A DNA stretch of 64,000 nt. Origin: Oscillospiraceae bacterium (GTDB taxonomy: Bacteria; Bacillota; Clostridia; Oscillospirales; Oscillospiraceae). The position numbers and the translations under genes were made by a program. Where the stretch lies: positions 16,555 through 80,554 of the forward strand of contig JAFUFT010000016.1 of NCBI GenBank assembly GCA_017469795.1. The letters run 5' to 3'. Of this stretch, positions 1-9,617 are shown piece after piece. The notes beneath the pieces are model-generated. The model was not told the origin of the DNA. It did no database searches and saw nothing but the letters and a program-made list of their open reading frames with translations. The first letter of the stretch is position 1. Each line of letters starts with the position of its first letter.

Positions 1-419
1 TTTTCAATGAGTCCCTGCACCATGGTGATGAACTCCGGAATGCAGTTGGTGGCGGGTTCCACCACGTCCGGGGTCTTGATGTTCAGATCGGCGCAGTCGG
101 CAAAGAATGCGTCAGTGTAAAACTTCGCGATCTCCATGACAGTCTTGTGCTCCCGCTTGGCGCCCTTGAGCATCTTGTCCTCTCCTGTATCCGCGTCGGA
201 GGAGAGGTGCCCCACATCCGTGATATTCATGACACGCTTCACGTCATAGCCGGCGTAGCGCAGATACTTCTCCAGCACATCCTCCATAATATAGGACCGC
301 AGATTTCCGATATGGGCAAAGTGGTACACCGTGGGGCCGCAGGTGTACATCTTGATTTTTCCGGCCTCGTTGGGAACCAGTTCGTCCTTGCTTCTGGTCA
401 GGGAATTATAGATCAGCAT
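1..419 (-). CDS. cysS: cysteine--tRNA ligase, N-terminal part (gene runs off the window start)
   Basis: Not in the ORF track because it is truncated. My reverse-strand translation from the ATG at 419-417 reads [60 protein letters not shown]..., which contains the class-I HIGH motif (HIGN). The start overlaps the end of cysE, the classic cysE-cysS pairing. Confidence 0.85.
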   Translation of the reverse strand, partial: MLIYNSLTRSKDELVPNEAGKIKMYTCGPTVYHFAHIGNLRSYIMEDVLEKYLRYAGYDVKRVMNITDVGHLSSDADTGEDKMLKGAKREHKTVMEIAKFYTDAFFADCADLNIKTPDVVEPATNCIPEFITMVQGLIE

Positions 420-1141
420 GATTCGGTGTCCTCCTTCTCAATGTCCTCCGGCTCCGTGTGCAGGAACGGCGCGTCGAAGCCGTAGTTGTTTTCCAGGTTT
501 TTGGTATATTGGTCGTCCAGCTGTTTTTCCAGGGATTCGATCCGGGTCATCAGGCTGTCGAGGGTCTTCTGGACCGGGTCGGTGACATGGATCTGATCCA
601 CATCCCCGGCGAAGTTGACCTTCTGTCCCGCGATGCGGACCAGCCGGGCGGGCACGCCCACGGCGGTGGCGTCCTCCGGCACTTCAGAGAGCACCACGGA
701 GTTGGAGGCGATCCGGCTGTTGTCCCCCACCTTGAAGGGCCCGAGCACCTTGGCGCCGCAGCCAATGAGCACATTGTTGCCGATGGTGGGATGGCGTTTG
801 CCCTGGTCCTTGCCGGTGCCGCCCAGGGTCACCCCGTGGTAGAGCAGCACATCGTCTCCCACCTCGGCGGTCTCACCGATGACGATGCCCATGCCGTGGT
901 CGATGACGAAGCGCCGGCCGATCTTCGCCCCGGGATGGATCTCGATGCCCGTGCGCTTCCGATTCCACTGGGACTCCAGCCGGGCCAGAAAATAGAGATG
1001 GTGACAATAGAGCCAGTGGGCGATCCGGTGCCGGATGATGGCGTGGACGCCGGGGTACAGCAGGAATATCTCCAGCTTCGACCTTGCCGCCGGATCCCGG
1101 GCCTGGTAGGCGCCGAGGGTCTCATTTAATCGCTTGAACAT
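413..1141 (-). CDS. cysE: serine O-acetyltransferase
   Basis: The 242-aa ORF has hexapeptide-repeat left-handed beta-helix motifs ([44 protein letters not shown]...[18 protein letters not shown]). It sits directly upstream of cysS. It has an acidic C-terminal extension of about 60 aa. Confidence 0.9.
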   Translation of the reverse strand: MFKRLNETLGAYQARDPAARSKLEIFLLYPGVHAIIRHRIAHWLYCHHLYFLARLESQWNRKRTGIEIHPGAKIGRRFVIDHGMGIVIGETAEVGDDVLLYHGVTLGGTGKDQGKRHPTIGNNVLIGCGAKVLGPFKVGDNSRIASNSVVLSEVPEDATAVGVPARLVRIAGQKVNFAGDVDQIHVTDPVQKTLDSLMTRIESLEKQLDDQYTKNLENNYGFDAPFLHTEPEDIEKEDTESC

Positions 1142-1662
1142 GGGACGTCCTCCTTGTCTTCGTCGATCTCAAACTCATAATAACAGGTGTCCGCGCCACG
1201 GTCCGCATGGCCGCCGTCGGTCTCCCCGAGCACGCCGCCCATGGCCTCATAGAAGGCCCGGGCGCGGTGGTTGTGGAGGGAACAGGACAGGAAAAACCGG
1301 TCAAATCCACGCTGAAGGCACCAGTCCGCCGCGAATCCCATCATCCGGCGGCCAATTCCCTGCCGGTGGTATTCCGGAAGCAGGTACAGAGCGTTGAGGC
1401 ACACAGGAAAGTCCTTGTAAAGCGGCTGTTCCGGCGCACTGATGACAAAGAAGCCGACCGGCTGTTCGCCATCCTCCAGTATATACACATCCTTGCCCAG
1501 CTCCGCCATATTTTTCAGGAATCGTTCCGCATGCGCCGAATAATCAAAATTGTCCAGCATTTCATCGGGATAGATCCCCCGATATGCGCTCTCCCAGCTC
1601 CTTCGCCGCACCCTTGCCAGCTCCGGGGCATCTGCGGGCTCCGCCAACCTTACCGTTACCAT
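1126..1662 (-). CDS. GNAT family N-acetyltransferase
   Basis: The 178-aa ORF has the GNAT acetyl-CoA motif ([18 protein letters not shown]). It overlaps the cysE start by 16 nt and is the first gene downstream of the Cys T-box leader. Confidence 0.8.
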   Translation of the reverse strand: MVTVRLAEPADAPELARVRRRSWESAYRGIYPDEMLDNFDYSAHAERFLKNMAELGKDVYILEDGEQPVGFFVISAPEQPLYKDFPVCLNALYLLPEYHRQGIGRRMMGFAADWCLQRGFDRFFLSCSLHNHRARAFYEAMGGVLGETDGGHADRGADTCYYEFEIDEDKEDVPCSSD

Positions 1663-1704
1663 GTCCCGTCCGTCCTCTCTTCACTCTTCACTCTTACCTG
1701 TTAA

Positions 1705-1925
1705 CTAAAAACCCGCCCCTTGAATTGCTTCAAGAGGCGGGATAAAAATCTCGCGGTTCCACTCTGATTTATCACTTTGGCACTGACGCGGCCTCACGGG
1801 GTCTCCCCTTCGCTCCCGGGCGCACTTTCACAGCCTGTCGCCGCCGCGGCTTTCAGCCGGTGACCGCAGCTCTCTTGGACGTTTCCCGCCGTTACTCTTC
1901 CCGTTCGTCGCGATATTCACTTCGT
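1705..1925 (-). promoter_or_regulatory. T-box riboswitch leader, specifier UGC (Cys)
   Basis: Read on the minus strand. Stem I has GACGAACGGGAAGAGUA and an AGAGAG bay. The specifier loop is GAAAG-UGC-G followed by CCCG, which pairs with an upstream CGGG (codon at 1824-1822). The T-box sequence is CAGAGUGGAACCGCGAG (RC of 1750-1766); its UGGA bulge fits a UCCA tRNA end (U73, as in tRNA-Cys). The terminator is CCCGCCUCUUGAA-gcaa-UUCAAGGGGCGGG plus UUUUU (1705-1743). Confidence 0.8.
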
Positions 1926-1931
1926 TATATC

Positions 1932-1960
1932 ATATTAACACGCTTTGAATTGTGTGTCAA
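1932..1960 (-). promoter_or_regulatory. sigma-A type promoter for the T-box/GNAT-cysE-cysS unit
   Basis: The minus strand reads TTGACA (RC of 1955-1960), a 17-nt spacer, then TAATAT (RC of 1932-1937). Confidence 0.55.
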
Positions 1961-2479
1961 TCATTTCTTCATGTCCAGAACGTCCCGGTTCTTGACGAAG
2001 TACTCCACCCCGGAGATCAGGGTCACCGCTACGATCACCAGTGTGATCGCCCAGTCCAGCCAGGCCCACTGGGTCAGCACGATCATCACGCACAGGCCCA
2101 CCATGGTGGAGAAAGTCTTGACCTTTCCGCTCATGGCCGCGGCAATGACCCGCCCGTTCTCCACCGCCACGAGCCGGAGGCCTGTCACGGCAAATTCCCG
2201 GGCCAGCACGATCATCACTGCCCAGGCTGCCATCCGGCCCCACTGAACGAAGATCAGCATGCAGGAGATCACCAGCAGCTTGTCCGCCAGCGGATCGAGA
2301 AACTTCCCGAAATTACTGACCTGATTGTAGTGCCGTGCGATATAGCCGTCCACAAAATCCGTACAGGACGCCACGATAAACACGATCAGAGCCGGGATAT
2401 TGTAGCCCAGCAGCAAAAGCGCCATAAACACCGGGATCATCAGCACCCGGACCAAAGTGATCTTACTGGCTGTTGTCAT
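1961..2479 (-). CDS. pgsA: CDP-diacylglycerol--glycerol-3-phosphate 3-phosphatidyltransferase
   Basis: The 172-aa polytopic ORF has the CDP-alcohol phosphatidyltransferase motif DGYIARHYNQVSNFGKFLDPLADK. Confidence 0.9.
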   Translation of the reverse strand: MTTASKITLVRVLMIPVFMALLLLGYNIPALIVFIVASCTDFVDGYIARHYNQVSNFGKFLDPLADKLLVISCMLIFVQWGRMAAWAVMIVLAREFAVTGLRLVAVENGRVIAAAMSGKVKTFSTMVGLCVMIVLTQWAWLDWAITLVIVAVTLISGVEYFVKNRDVLDMKK

Positions 2480-2482
2480 GAT

Positions 2483-3811
2483 TCAATCCTCCACCGCGGT
2501 GCCGATGAGGTTCCCATCCATAGGTTCCTCGATCTTCACCTTCACAAAGCTGCCCGGGCGGTAGCGGCGCTCTGCCGTAAAGAACACCATGCCGTCGATC
2601 TCCGGCGAGTCGGCGTAGGTGCGGCCGAACTGACACTCGGCATACCGGTCGTAGCCCTCCACCAGCACCTCTACGGTTTTTCCCACCATGGCGCTGTTGT
2701 AGTCGTCCATGATGCGGCTCTGGAGCTCAGCGACGATCTCCGCCCGCTTTTCCGCCACATCCCGGTCCGGGTATTCCATCTTTGCCGCCGCAGTGCCCTC
2801 TTCCGGAGAGAATACGAAGCAGCCGACCCGCTCCATGCGGTGCTTTTTGAGGAACTCGCAAAGCTCTTCGAACTCCGCCTCTCCCTCGCCGGGCAGTCCC
2901 GCAATGAGGCTGGTCCGCAGCACCAGGTTCGGGATCTTCTCCCGCAGGTGGGGCAGCAGCCAATCCAGATACTCCTTGTTACCCCGGCGGTTCATATGCC
3001 GGAGGATCTCGTCGTTGCAATGCTGGATCGGAATGTCCAGATAGGAGCAGATCTTCTCCTCCCGGGCAATGGTGTCAATCAGTTCCTCGTCCATCTCGTC
3101 GGGATAGAGGTAGTGGACCCGGATCCAATGGAGTCCCTCGATCTTGCACAGCTCCCGCAGCAGCTCGCTCAGGCGCCGTTTTCCGTATCGGTCGATGCCG
3201 TACCGGGAAGTGTCCTGGGCAATGACGATCAGTTCCTTCACGCCCTGATCTGCCAGGAGCTTCGCCTCTTCAATCAGGTCCTCAAACTTCCGGCTCCGGT
3301 ACTTGCCCCGGAGCTGTGGAATCACGCAGAAGGCGCAGTGGTTGTCGCAGCCCTCCGCGATCTTTAAGTATGCGTAATACTCCGGCGTGGTGAGCACCCG
3401 GCCCAACTCCTCGAGTTCGCCGTTGATGTCGTCCATCCGGCGGGGATGATCCCCGGCGAGCACGTCGTCCACCGCGGAGACGATATCCGTATAGCTGCCG
3501 CAGCCCAGGATGCCGTCCACCTCCGGAAGCTCCTCCAGAAGCTGATCCTTGTACCGCTGGGACAGACAGCCCGTCACCAGGATCTTGCCGATCTTCCCCT
3601 CATTCTTCAGCAGTCCCAGCTCCAGGATCTCCTGAATCGCCTCAGACTTGGCGCTCTCGATGAAGCCGCAGGTGTTGACGATGGTCACGTCGCTGTATTC
3701 CACCTCGGTGGTGATCTCATAGCCCGCCTCGTGGAGCAGGCAGAGCATCTGCTCCGCGTCCACCTGGTTCTTGGCGCAGCCCAGAGATACCATCGCTATT
3801 TTTTCTGCCAT
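2483..3811 (-). CDS. rimO: ribosomal protein S12 methylthiotransferase (radical SAM)
   Basis: The 442-aa ORF has the N-terminal MTTase domain VSLGCAKNQVDAEQM, the radical-SAM CxxxCxxC motif (CDNHCAFCVIP) and a C-terminal TRAM domain. Confidence 0.9.
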   Translation of the reverse strand: MAEKIAMVSLGCAKNQVDAEQMLCLLHEAGYEITTEVEYSDVTIVNTCGFIESAKSEAIQEILELGLLKNEGKIGKILVTGCLSQRYKDQLLEELPEVDGILGCGSYTDIVSAVDDVLAGDHPRRMDDINGELEELGRVLTTPEYYAYLKIAEGCDNHCAFCVIPQLRGKYRSRKFEDLIEEAKLLADQGVKELIVIAQDTSRYGIDRYGKRRLSELLRELCKIEGLHWIRVHYLYPDEMDEELIDTIAREEKICSYLDIPIQHCNDEILRHMNRRGNKEYLDWLLPHLREKIPNLVLRTSLIAGLPGEGEAEFEELCEFLKKHRMERVGCFVFSPEEGTAAAKMEYPDRDVAEKRAEIVAELQSRIMDDYNSAMVGKTVEVLVEGYDRYAECQFGRTYADSPEIDGMVFFTAERRYRPGSFVKVKIEEPMDGNLIGTAVED

Positions 3812-3835
3812 ATGGAGAAACCTCCCAATGTGTAA

Positions 3836-4465
3836 TCAATCGTAAAAGGACGGATCCAGTCCCTCCTGATACCGGCCCAGAGCGCTTCGGATTTCCTCCC
3901 AGCCGTATCCCCGGCGCTGCAGAGCACCGATGACCCGCTGCAGCTCCTTTTGGTCCGGTTCCCGGCCCCGGAGCTTCTGCTCCACAAACCGGTCAATGGC
4001 CCCGGACATGTCCGGGACCATGGCCAGGGCCTCCTCCCAGTACTCCCGGGGGATCCCCTTCTGATACAGTTCCTGTCTGACCCTGCCTGGGCCGTATCCC
4101 CGGTCCACGCACCGCTGGGCGATCCGCCGGGCCATGGCCTCGTCATCCAGAGCACCCAGCTCCCGGAGCCAGTCCGCTGCTTCTTCGGCATCCTCCGGGC
4201 GTTCGCCCTTTCGGACCAGTCGGCGTCTGAGCTCCTTTTCGGAGATGGCCGTGGAGGAGACGATCCGCACGGCCCGGTCCTTGGCGGAGGCCCGCCGGGC
4301 CGTATCCTGCAGCTCCGCCAGATCCTCTTCCCGGAGCTCCATCCCCTGATAGAGTCCCCGGTCCGCCACCACCCGGGTGGCGACCTTCATCTTTGTGCCG
4401 TCGTCAAACCACAGCATCACCCGGCTGCCGTCGGTGCCCACCGCCGTGAGCTTCTGCAGGATCAT
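3836..4465 (-). CDS. recX: recombination regulator RecX
   Basis: The 209-aa helical-repeat ORF overlaps the recA stop by 4 nt. Its content is RecX-like ([10 protein letters not shown]..., [10 protein letters not shown]). Confidence 0.85.
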   Translation of the reverse strand: MILQKLTAVGTDGSRVMLWFDDGTKMKVATRVVADRGLYQGMELREEDLAELQDTARRASAKDRAVRIVSSTAISEKELRRRLVRKGERPEDAEEAADWLRELGALDDEAMARRIAQRCVDRGYGPGRVRQELYQKGIPREYWEEALAMVPDMSGAIDRFVEQKLRGREPDQKELQRVIGALQRRGYGWEEIRSALGRYQEGLDPSFYD

Positions 4466-5598
4466 ACCAGATCGTCGTCGTCAAAGTCGTCCGCAGAGAC
4501 GTTGACCGCACTTCCTGCCACCGTAGCGGGGCCGGAGGCCGCCGTGCCGCGGCGCTTGGCGATCTTCTCCTCCTGCTGCCGGGCAACCTCCGCACGGATG
4601 GCCGCCTCCAGCGCCTCCGCCGCCTCCGGGTTGTCCCGGAGATAGGCCTTGGCGTTGTCCCGGCCCTGGCCGATGCGCTCGTCGCCGATGGAGAACCAGC
4701 TGCCGCTCTTCTGCACCAGGTCGTATTTTACGCCCATATCCACCAGCTCGCCGGTGTGGGAGATGCCTTCGCCGTACATGATGTCGAACTCCGCTTCCCG
4801 GAAGGGAGGCGCAACCTTATTCTTGACCACGCGGACCCGGGTGTGGTTTCCCACCACCTCGCCGCCCACCTTCAGGCTCTCGGTGCGGCGGATGTCCAGA
4901 CGGACTGAGGAGAAGAATTTCAGGGCGCGGCCGCCGGTGGTGGTCTCGGAGGAGCCGTAGATCACGCCGATCTTATCGCGGATCTGGTTGATGAAGATGA
5001 CCATGCAGCCTGTCTTGGCGATGGAGCCTGCCAGCTTGCGGAGGGCCTGGGACATGAGGCGCGCCTGAAGGCCCACCACGCTGTCGCCCATCTCACCCTC
5101 GATCTCCGCCCGGGGCGTCAGCGCCGCCACGGAGTCCACCACCACAGCGGACACTGCGCCGGAGCGCACCAGCGCGTCTGTGATCTCCAGAGCCTGCTCA
5201 CCGTAATCCGGCTGGGAGATCAGCAGATTGTCAATATCCACGCCCAGAGCGGCGGCATATTCCGGATCCAGCGCATGCTCCGCGTCCACGAAAGCCACTT
5301 CACCGCCCTGCTTCTGGGTCTCCGCCAGCACATGGAGGGCCAGGGTGGTCTTACCGGAGGACTCCGGTCCGTAGATCTCAATGATGCGGCCCTTGGGCAG
5401 ACCGCCCACACCCAGCGCCAGATCCAGCGTCAGGGATCCGGTGGGAATGGCGTCCACATTCATCTCCGCCTTGTCGCCCAGGCGCATGACAGTGCCTTTG
5501 CCGAAGTTCTTCTCAATCTGCAGAAGGGCCGTTTCCAGAGCCTTCTTCTTGTCCGCCGCAGGCGCGGCCGCTTCAAATGCGGGCTTTTTCGATGCCAT
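4462..5598 (-). CDS. recA: recombinase RecA
   Basis: The 378-aa ORF has a Walker A motif ([12 protein letters not shown]) and canonical RecA core sequence ([22 protein letters not shown]). Confidence 0.97.
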   Translation of the reverse strand: MASKKPAFEAAAPAADKKKALETALLQIEKNFGKGTVMRLGDKAEMNVDAIPTGSLTLDLALGVGGLPKGRIIEIYGPESSGKTTLALHVLAETQKQGGEVAFVDAEHALDPEYAAALGVDIDNLLISQPDYGEQALEITDALVRSGAVSAVVVDSVAALTPRAEIEGEMGDSVVGLQARLMSQALRKLAGSIAKTGCMVIFINQIRDKIGVIYGSSETTTGGRALKFFSSVRLDIRRTESLKVGGEVVGNHTRVRVVKNKVAPPFREAEFDIMYGEGISHTGELVDMGVKYDLVQKSGSWFSIGDERIGQGRDNAKAYLRDNPEAAEALEAAIRAEVARQQEEKIAKRRGTAASGPATVAGSAVNVSADDFDDDDLV

Positions 5599-5601
5599 AG
5601 T

Positions 5602-6489
5602 CTATTCTTCCTCTCTGTCAGGTTTCCGGGCCAGCACCGCCCGGGCGCGTTCCCCGCTGTCCCGGGCCAGTCTGCCCAGCTCATATCCGTAATCCATCAG
5701 GATGTGGCACACGTCAGCCTCCTGTCCCATGCCGAACTCAAAGCAGATGTAGCCGCCGGGCTTGAGGATGGGCGTGTAGTTCTTTACGATGGCCCGGTAA
5801 AAATCCAGGCCGTCCTGGCCGCCGTACAGGGCCAGATGGGGTTCGTAGTCCTTGACGGACCGGTCCAGTTCCTCCATCTGCGCCGCGCTGACGTAGGGGG
5901 GATTGGACACAATCATGTCATAGCTGCCCAGAAACCGGGGCGGCGCGATCCGCACGTCCAGCTGCATGCAGCTGACCCGGCCGGCAAGATGGTTGTCCTG
6001 AATGTTCTTCTTCTCGATGCGGATGGCTTCCGGTGAGATCTCCCCCAGCGTCACTCTGGCGTCCTTGACCCGGGCCGCAATGGCCAGCCCGACGCAGCCG
6101 GAACCGGCGCAAAGGTCCAGCACCCGGGGGTTCTGGGGCAGCTGCATGGCCCGGCTGATGGCCAGCTCTGCCAGCGCCTCCGTATCGTCCCGGGGGATCA
6201 GCACGTCCGGCGTGACGGTCAGGGTCAATCCGTGGAATTCCCACTGTCCGAGAATGTAGGCCAGCGGCTCTCCCTTCAGATGCCGCCGGGCCAGCGCGTT
6301 GACCCGGTCAAGATCCCGACGGAACACCATCAGCGGAAAATCCGCCACCAGCTGACTGACGGACCGGTCCGTGGCGGCCGCCACGATCTGCCGGGCGGTG
6401 AACTCCGCGTCTTCCCCGTCCGCCTGCCGGAGCATTTCCCGGGTGGCCTTATAGAGGTCGTGATAGGTCCATTTTTCCTCTGTGCTCAC
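5602..6489 (-). CDS. prmC: peptide chain release factor N5-glutamine methyltransferase
   Basis: The ORF has the HemK/PrmC motifs LDLCAGSGCVG and NPPY. I trimmed the start to the GTG at 6489 (VSTEEKWTY...), which overlaps the stop of the upstream DUF1385 gene (GTGA). The longer track ORF (to 6594) would overlap that gene by about 100 nt. Confidence 0.85.
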   Translation of the reverse strand: MSTEEKWTYHDLYKATREMLRQADGEDAEFTARQIVAAATDRSVSQLVADFPLMVFRRDLDRVNALARRHLKGEPLAYILGQWEFHGLTLTVTPDVLIPRDDTEALAELAISRAMQLPQNPRVLDLCAGSGCVGLAIAARVKDARVTLGEISPEAIRIEKKNIQDNHLAGRVSCMQLDVRIAPPRFLGSYDMIVSNPPYVSAAQMEELDRSVKDYEPHLALYGGQDGLDFYRAIVKNYTPILKPGGYICFEFGMGQEADVCHILMDYGYELGRLARDSGERARAVLARKPDREEE

Positions 6490-7424
6490 CAGTTGTCCGC
6501 CCCTTCCTCCTCCGGGATCACCGCTTTCATGGCGGCGATCGCGCATTCGATCATGCTGTCGTCCGGCTCGTTGGTGGTGAAATTCTGGAACCACATGCCG
6601 GGCGCAGACAGGAAGCGGGTCAGGGCATTGTCATGCCGTCCCACCAGCCGGTTGAATTCGTAGCTGATGGCCACCACCGGCAGAAGCAGCGCCAGATGGC
6701 ACAGGATCCGCAGCAGCGTATTGCTCAGCCGGATCACGCTGCCCATCAGGATGCTGATGATGATCACCACAAACAGGAAGCTGGTGCCGCAGCGGGGGTG
6801 GAACCGGACGCAGGGCCTCACGTTTTCCACCGTCAGCTCTTTGCCCAGTTCATAGCACTTGATGGTCTTGTGTTCGGCGCCGTGGTAGGAAAACGCCCGG
6901 CGCATATCCGGCAGCCGGCTGACGGCAATCATATAGATGGTGAAAATAACCACCTTCATCAGGCCCTCGCAGAGGTTCCGCAGCAGGTAGTTTTCGTGAA
7001 TGGGGGCGATCAACCCCACCAGGAACGTGGGAAGCAGCATAAACAGTCCCACAGAGAAGCAGACACCCAGCGCCACCGCCAGATAGATGATCACCGACTC
7101 CATCTTTTCCGAGCCGATGTGTTTTTCCAGCCATTGCTCAAACCGGCCCGGCTCCCCCGTTTCCTCCTCCGGATAGAAGGAGGCGGAGTACATCAGGGCC
7201 TTGACGCCGGAGACCATGGCTCCGCCGAAATTCACTACACCCCGGATCAGGGGCAACCCCAGGACCGGATAGCGGTCCTTGATGAATTTCAGTTCCTCCG
7301 TGGTCAGAACGATCTCTCCCGCCTGATCCCGGACGGCGATGGCCTGTTTGAAGGGGCCCCGCATGAGAATTCCCTCAATCAGGGCCTGACCGCCGATGGA
7401 GGTTCGTTTTTCTTGATTTGCCAC
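6486..7424 (-). CDS. DUF1385 family membrane protein (common prmC neighbour)
   Basis: The ORF has the conserved N-terminus TSIGGQALIEGILMRG and multiple TM helices. I chose the GTG start at 7424, which follows GGAGGGGAAAGGA. An alternative ATG at 7451 lacks an SD. The track ORF start at 7769 lies inside the kinase gene. Confidence 0.8.
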   Translation of the reverse strand: MANQEKRTSIGGQALIEGILMRGPFKQAIAVRDQAGEIVLTTEELKFIKDRYPVLGLPLIRGVVNFGGAMVSGVKALMYSASFYPEEETGEPGRFEQWLEKHIGSEKMESVIIYLAVALGVCFSVGLFMLLPTFLVGLIAPIHENYLLRNLCEGLMKVVIFTIYMIAVSRLPDMRRAFSYHGAEHKTIKCYELGKELTVENVRPCVRFHPRCGTSFLFVVIIISILMGSVIRLSNTLLRILCHLALLLPVVAISYEFNRLVGRHDNALTRFLSAPGMWFQNFTTNEPDDSMIECAIAAMKAVIPEEEGADNW

Positions 7425-7485
7425 TTGGATTTCCTTTCCCCTCCTGCCCATAGGATATCGCGGGAGGTGTACCATAAATGGGATA

Positions 7486-8904
7486 TCAGACCGGCAGATG
7501 GACGGTGACAACGCAGCCTCCGTCCTCATCTTCGGCGTTGGCGATATCCAAAACGCCGCCGTGCATGGTGACGATCTCCTCGCAGACCGCCAGACCGATG
7601 CCGCTGCCGCGGGCCTTGGAGGAGCCCTTGTAGAATTTTTTCTTGACCAGAGGCAGCTCATCCTGGGGGATGCCGGGACCGTAATCCCGGATGATGACCG
7701 TAACCTCTTCGCCGTCTGTGTGCATGGCGCAGAAGATCCGGCCGCCTTCGCCGCCGTATTTCGCTGCATTATCCAGAATGTTCAGGAACACCTGCTTCAT
7801 CCGCTCGGGATCGCAGCTGATCTCCGGGATGTCCTCGTCGGTGTCCTCGTAGTCCAGCTCGATGCCCTCCTGCCGGAGCCGGTTCCCGTACATGAAGATG
7901 GTGTCCTCAAAGACGCTCCGCAGATCGCATTCCTCCACGTTGAGCTTGAATCTTCCGTCCTGGATCCGGCTGAATTCCAACAGTTCCTCCACCAGGGAGG
8001 TCAGCCGCTTGGTCTCCTTGAGCATGGTGACAATGCCCCGGTGGGTGTCCGGATCCACGTTCTCGTTGCCCAGAAGGGTCTCGCCCCAGCCGGAGATGGC
8101 GGTCAGTGGCGTCCGCAGCTCATGGGAAACGGAGGAGAGAAACTCCGACTGCATTTTCTCCGTCTGGGAGATCTGCAGGGAGAGGTTGTTGATGGCCCGG
8201 GCCAGCTCGCCGATCTCGTCGTCGCCGTCGGCAAACTTCTTCTGGATCTGCGTGCCGTAGCCGCCGGCGGCGATCCGCTTGGTGGTCTCCGTGATCTCGC
8301 CCACAGGCGTGACGATAGAGTGGATAAAAAACATCCCGGTAGTCCAGATCAGCAGCAGGATCACCACGACCAGCGCCACGGAGACCCCAACAACGATCAG
8401 GATCTGCCGGTCAGCCAGCCGGAGGGAGGTCACATAGCGCATCAGGCCCACCACCTCGCCGCCGGAATAGGCCACCGGGCCGCACACCGCCATGATGCGC
8501 TCCCCGGTGCCGGGGTCCCGGCCGGTAAATACCGTGATCTCCATGTTTTCCAGCGCGCCTTTAACGTCCCCGGTCTGGGGACGGGTGCCTGCGGCCAGGC
8601 CGAAGGAGGATGTGAGAATCTCTCCGCTGCCGTCCAGGAATTCCAGCTCCAGATGGTTCTTTTCGTCAAAATCCTGGGTAAAGCGGTAGATGCTGTTGTA
8701 GAAATCGTCCTCCGAAGCGGAGACATAGTTTTCAAAGAAATCCGCCGTACTCTTGAGCTTGGACTCCAGGCCGCTGCGTACCGTGCTGTAATACATGCTG
8801 GAGACGGCAAGGGCCACAGCCGCTACAGCCACGATCACCAGCAGCGCCACGATGCTGACGTTGTTGATCAGCCAGCGATGGCGGATTCCGGAAGTTCTTT
8901 TCAT
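7486..8904 (-). CDS. sensor histidine kinase (two TM segments, HAMP, HisKA, HATPase_c)
   Basis: The 472-aa ORF has the H-box FLSSVSHELRTPLTAISGW, an N-box (NILDNAAKY) and G-boxes (DYGPGI, GSGIGLAV). Confidence 0.88.
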   Translation of the reverse strand: MKRTSGIRHRWLINNVSIVALLVIVAVAAVALAVSSMYYSTVRSGLESKLKSTADFFENYVSASEDDFYNSIYRFTQDFDEKNHLELEFLDGSGEILTSSFGLAAGTRPQTGDVKGALENMEITVFTGRDPGTGERIMAVCGPVAYSGGEVVGLMRYVTSLRLADRQILIVVGVSVALVVVILLLIWTTGMFFIHSIVTPVGEITETTKRIAAGGYGTQIQKKFADGDDEIGELARAINNLSLQISQTEKMQSEFLSSVSHELRTPLTAISGWGETLLGNENVDPDTHRGIVTMLKETKRLTSLVEELLEFSRIQDGRFKLNVEECDLRSVFEDTIFMYGNRLRQEGIELDYEDTDEDIPEISCDPERMKQVFLNILDNAAKYGGEGGRIFCAMHTDGEEVTVIIRDYGPGIPQDELPLVKKKFYKGSSKARGSGIGLAVCEEIVTMHGGVLDIANAEDEDGGCVVTVHLPV

Positions 8905-8908
8905 GAAA

Positions 8909-9595
8909 TCAGACGCCCCACTTGTAGCCGTAGCCCCAGACAGTCGTGATGTAGACCGGATTGGAGGTATCGTCCTCGATCTTGATCCGCAGGCGACGGA
9001 TGTTCACGTCGACGATCTTCAGCTCGCCGTCGTAGTCCCGGCCCCAGACCGCCGCGAGAATATCCTCCCGGGACAGGGCCCGGCCCGGATTCTGCATGAA
9101 CAGCTTCACAATGGAATACTCCACCTGGGTCAGCCGGATCTTCTCACCGCCCTTTTCCAGAGTGCGGTTCCGGGTGTTGAGCACAAAGGGCCCCTGCCGG
9201 ATCTCCTCCGTGGAGGCGCCGGCCTCGCCGCCGATGCGCCGGTACAGAGCGTCAACCCGGGCCGTAAGCTCCGCAGGGGAGAAGGGCTTTGTTACATAGT
9301 CGTCCGCGCCGGTCATCAGGCCCGTGACCTTGTCCATCTCCTGGGTCCGGGCGGTGAGCATGATAATGCCGATGGACTTGTTGGTGGCCCGCACCGTGCG
9401 GCAAACCTCAAAACCGTCCATACCCGGCAGATTGATGTCAAAAATCGCAACGCCCGTATCCGGATTCTTCCGGAGCTGGTCCAGAGCATCTTCTCCGGTA
9501 CCGGCCTCGATCACATCGTATCCGGCCCGCTGAAGATTGATGACCACAAAGCTGCGGATACTGACTTCGTCTTCCAGAATCAATACTTTTTTCAT
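8909..9595 (-). CDS. OmpR-family response regulator
   Basis: The 228-aa ORF has a receiver domain (ILEDE..., DINLPGMDG) and a winged-helix output domain (LTQVEYSIVKLF..., TVWGYGYKW). Confidence 0.9.
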   Translation of the reverse strand: MKKVLILEDEVSIRSFVVINLQRAGYDVIEAGTGEDALDQLRKNPDTGVAIFDINLPGMDGFEVCRTVRATNKSIGIIMLTARTQEMDKVTGLMTGADDYVTKPFSPAELTARVDALYRRIGGEAGASTEEIRQGPFVLNTRNRTLEKGGEKIRLTQVEYSIVKLFMQNPGRALSREDILAAVWGRDYDGELKIVDVNIRRLRIKIEDDTSNPVYITTVWGYGYKWGV

Positions 9596-9617
9596 CGTAC
9601 TACTCCTCTATCTTTCA

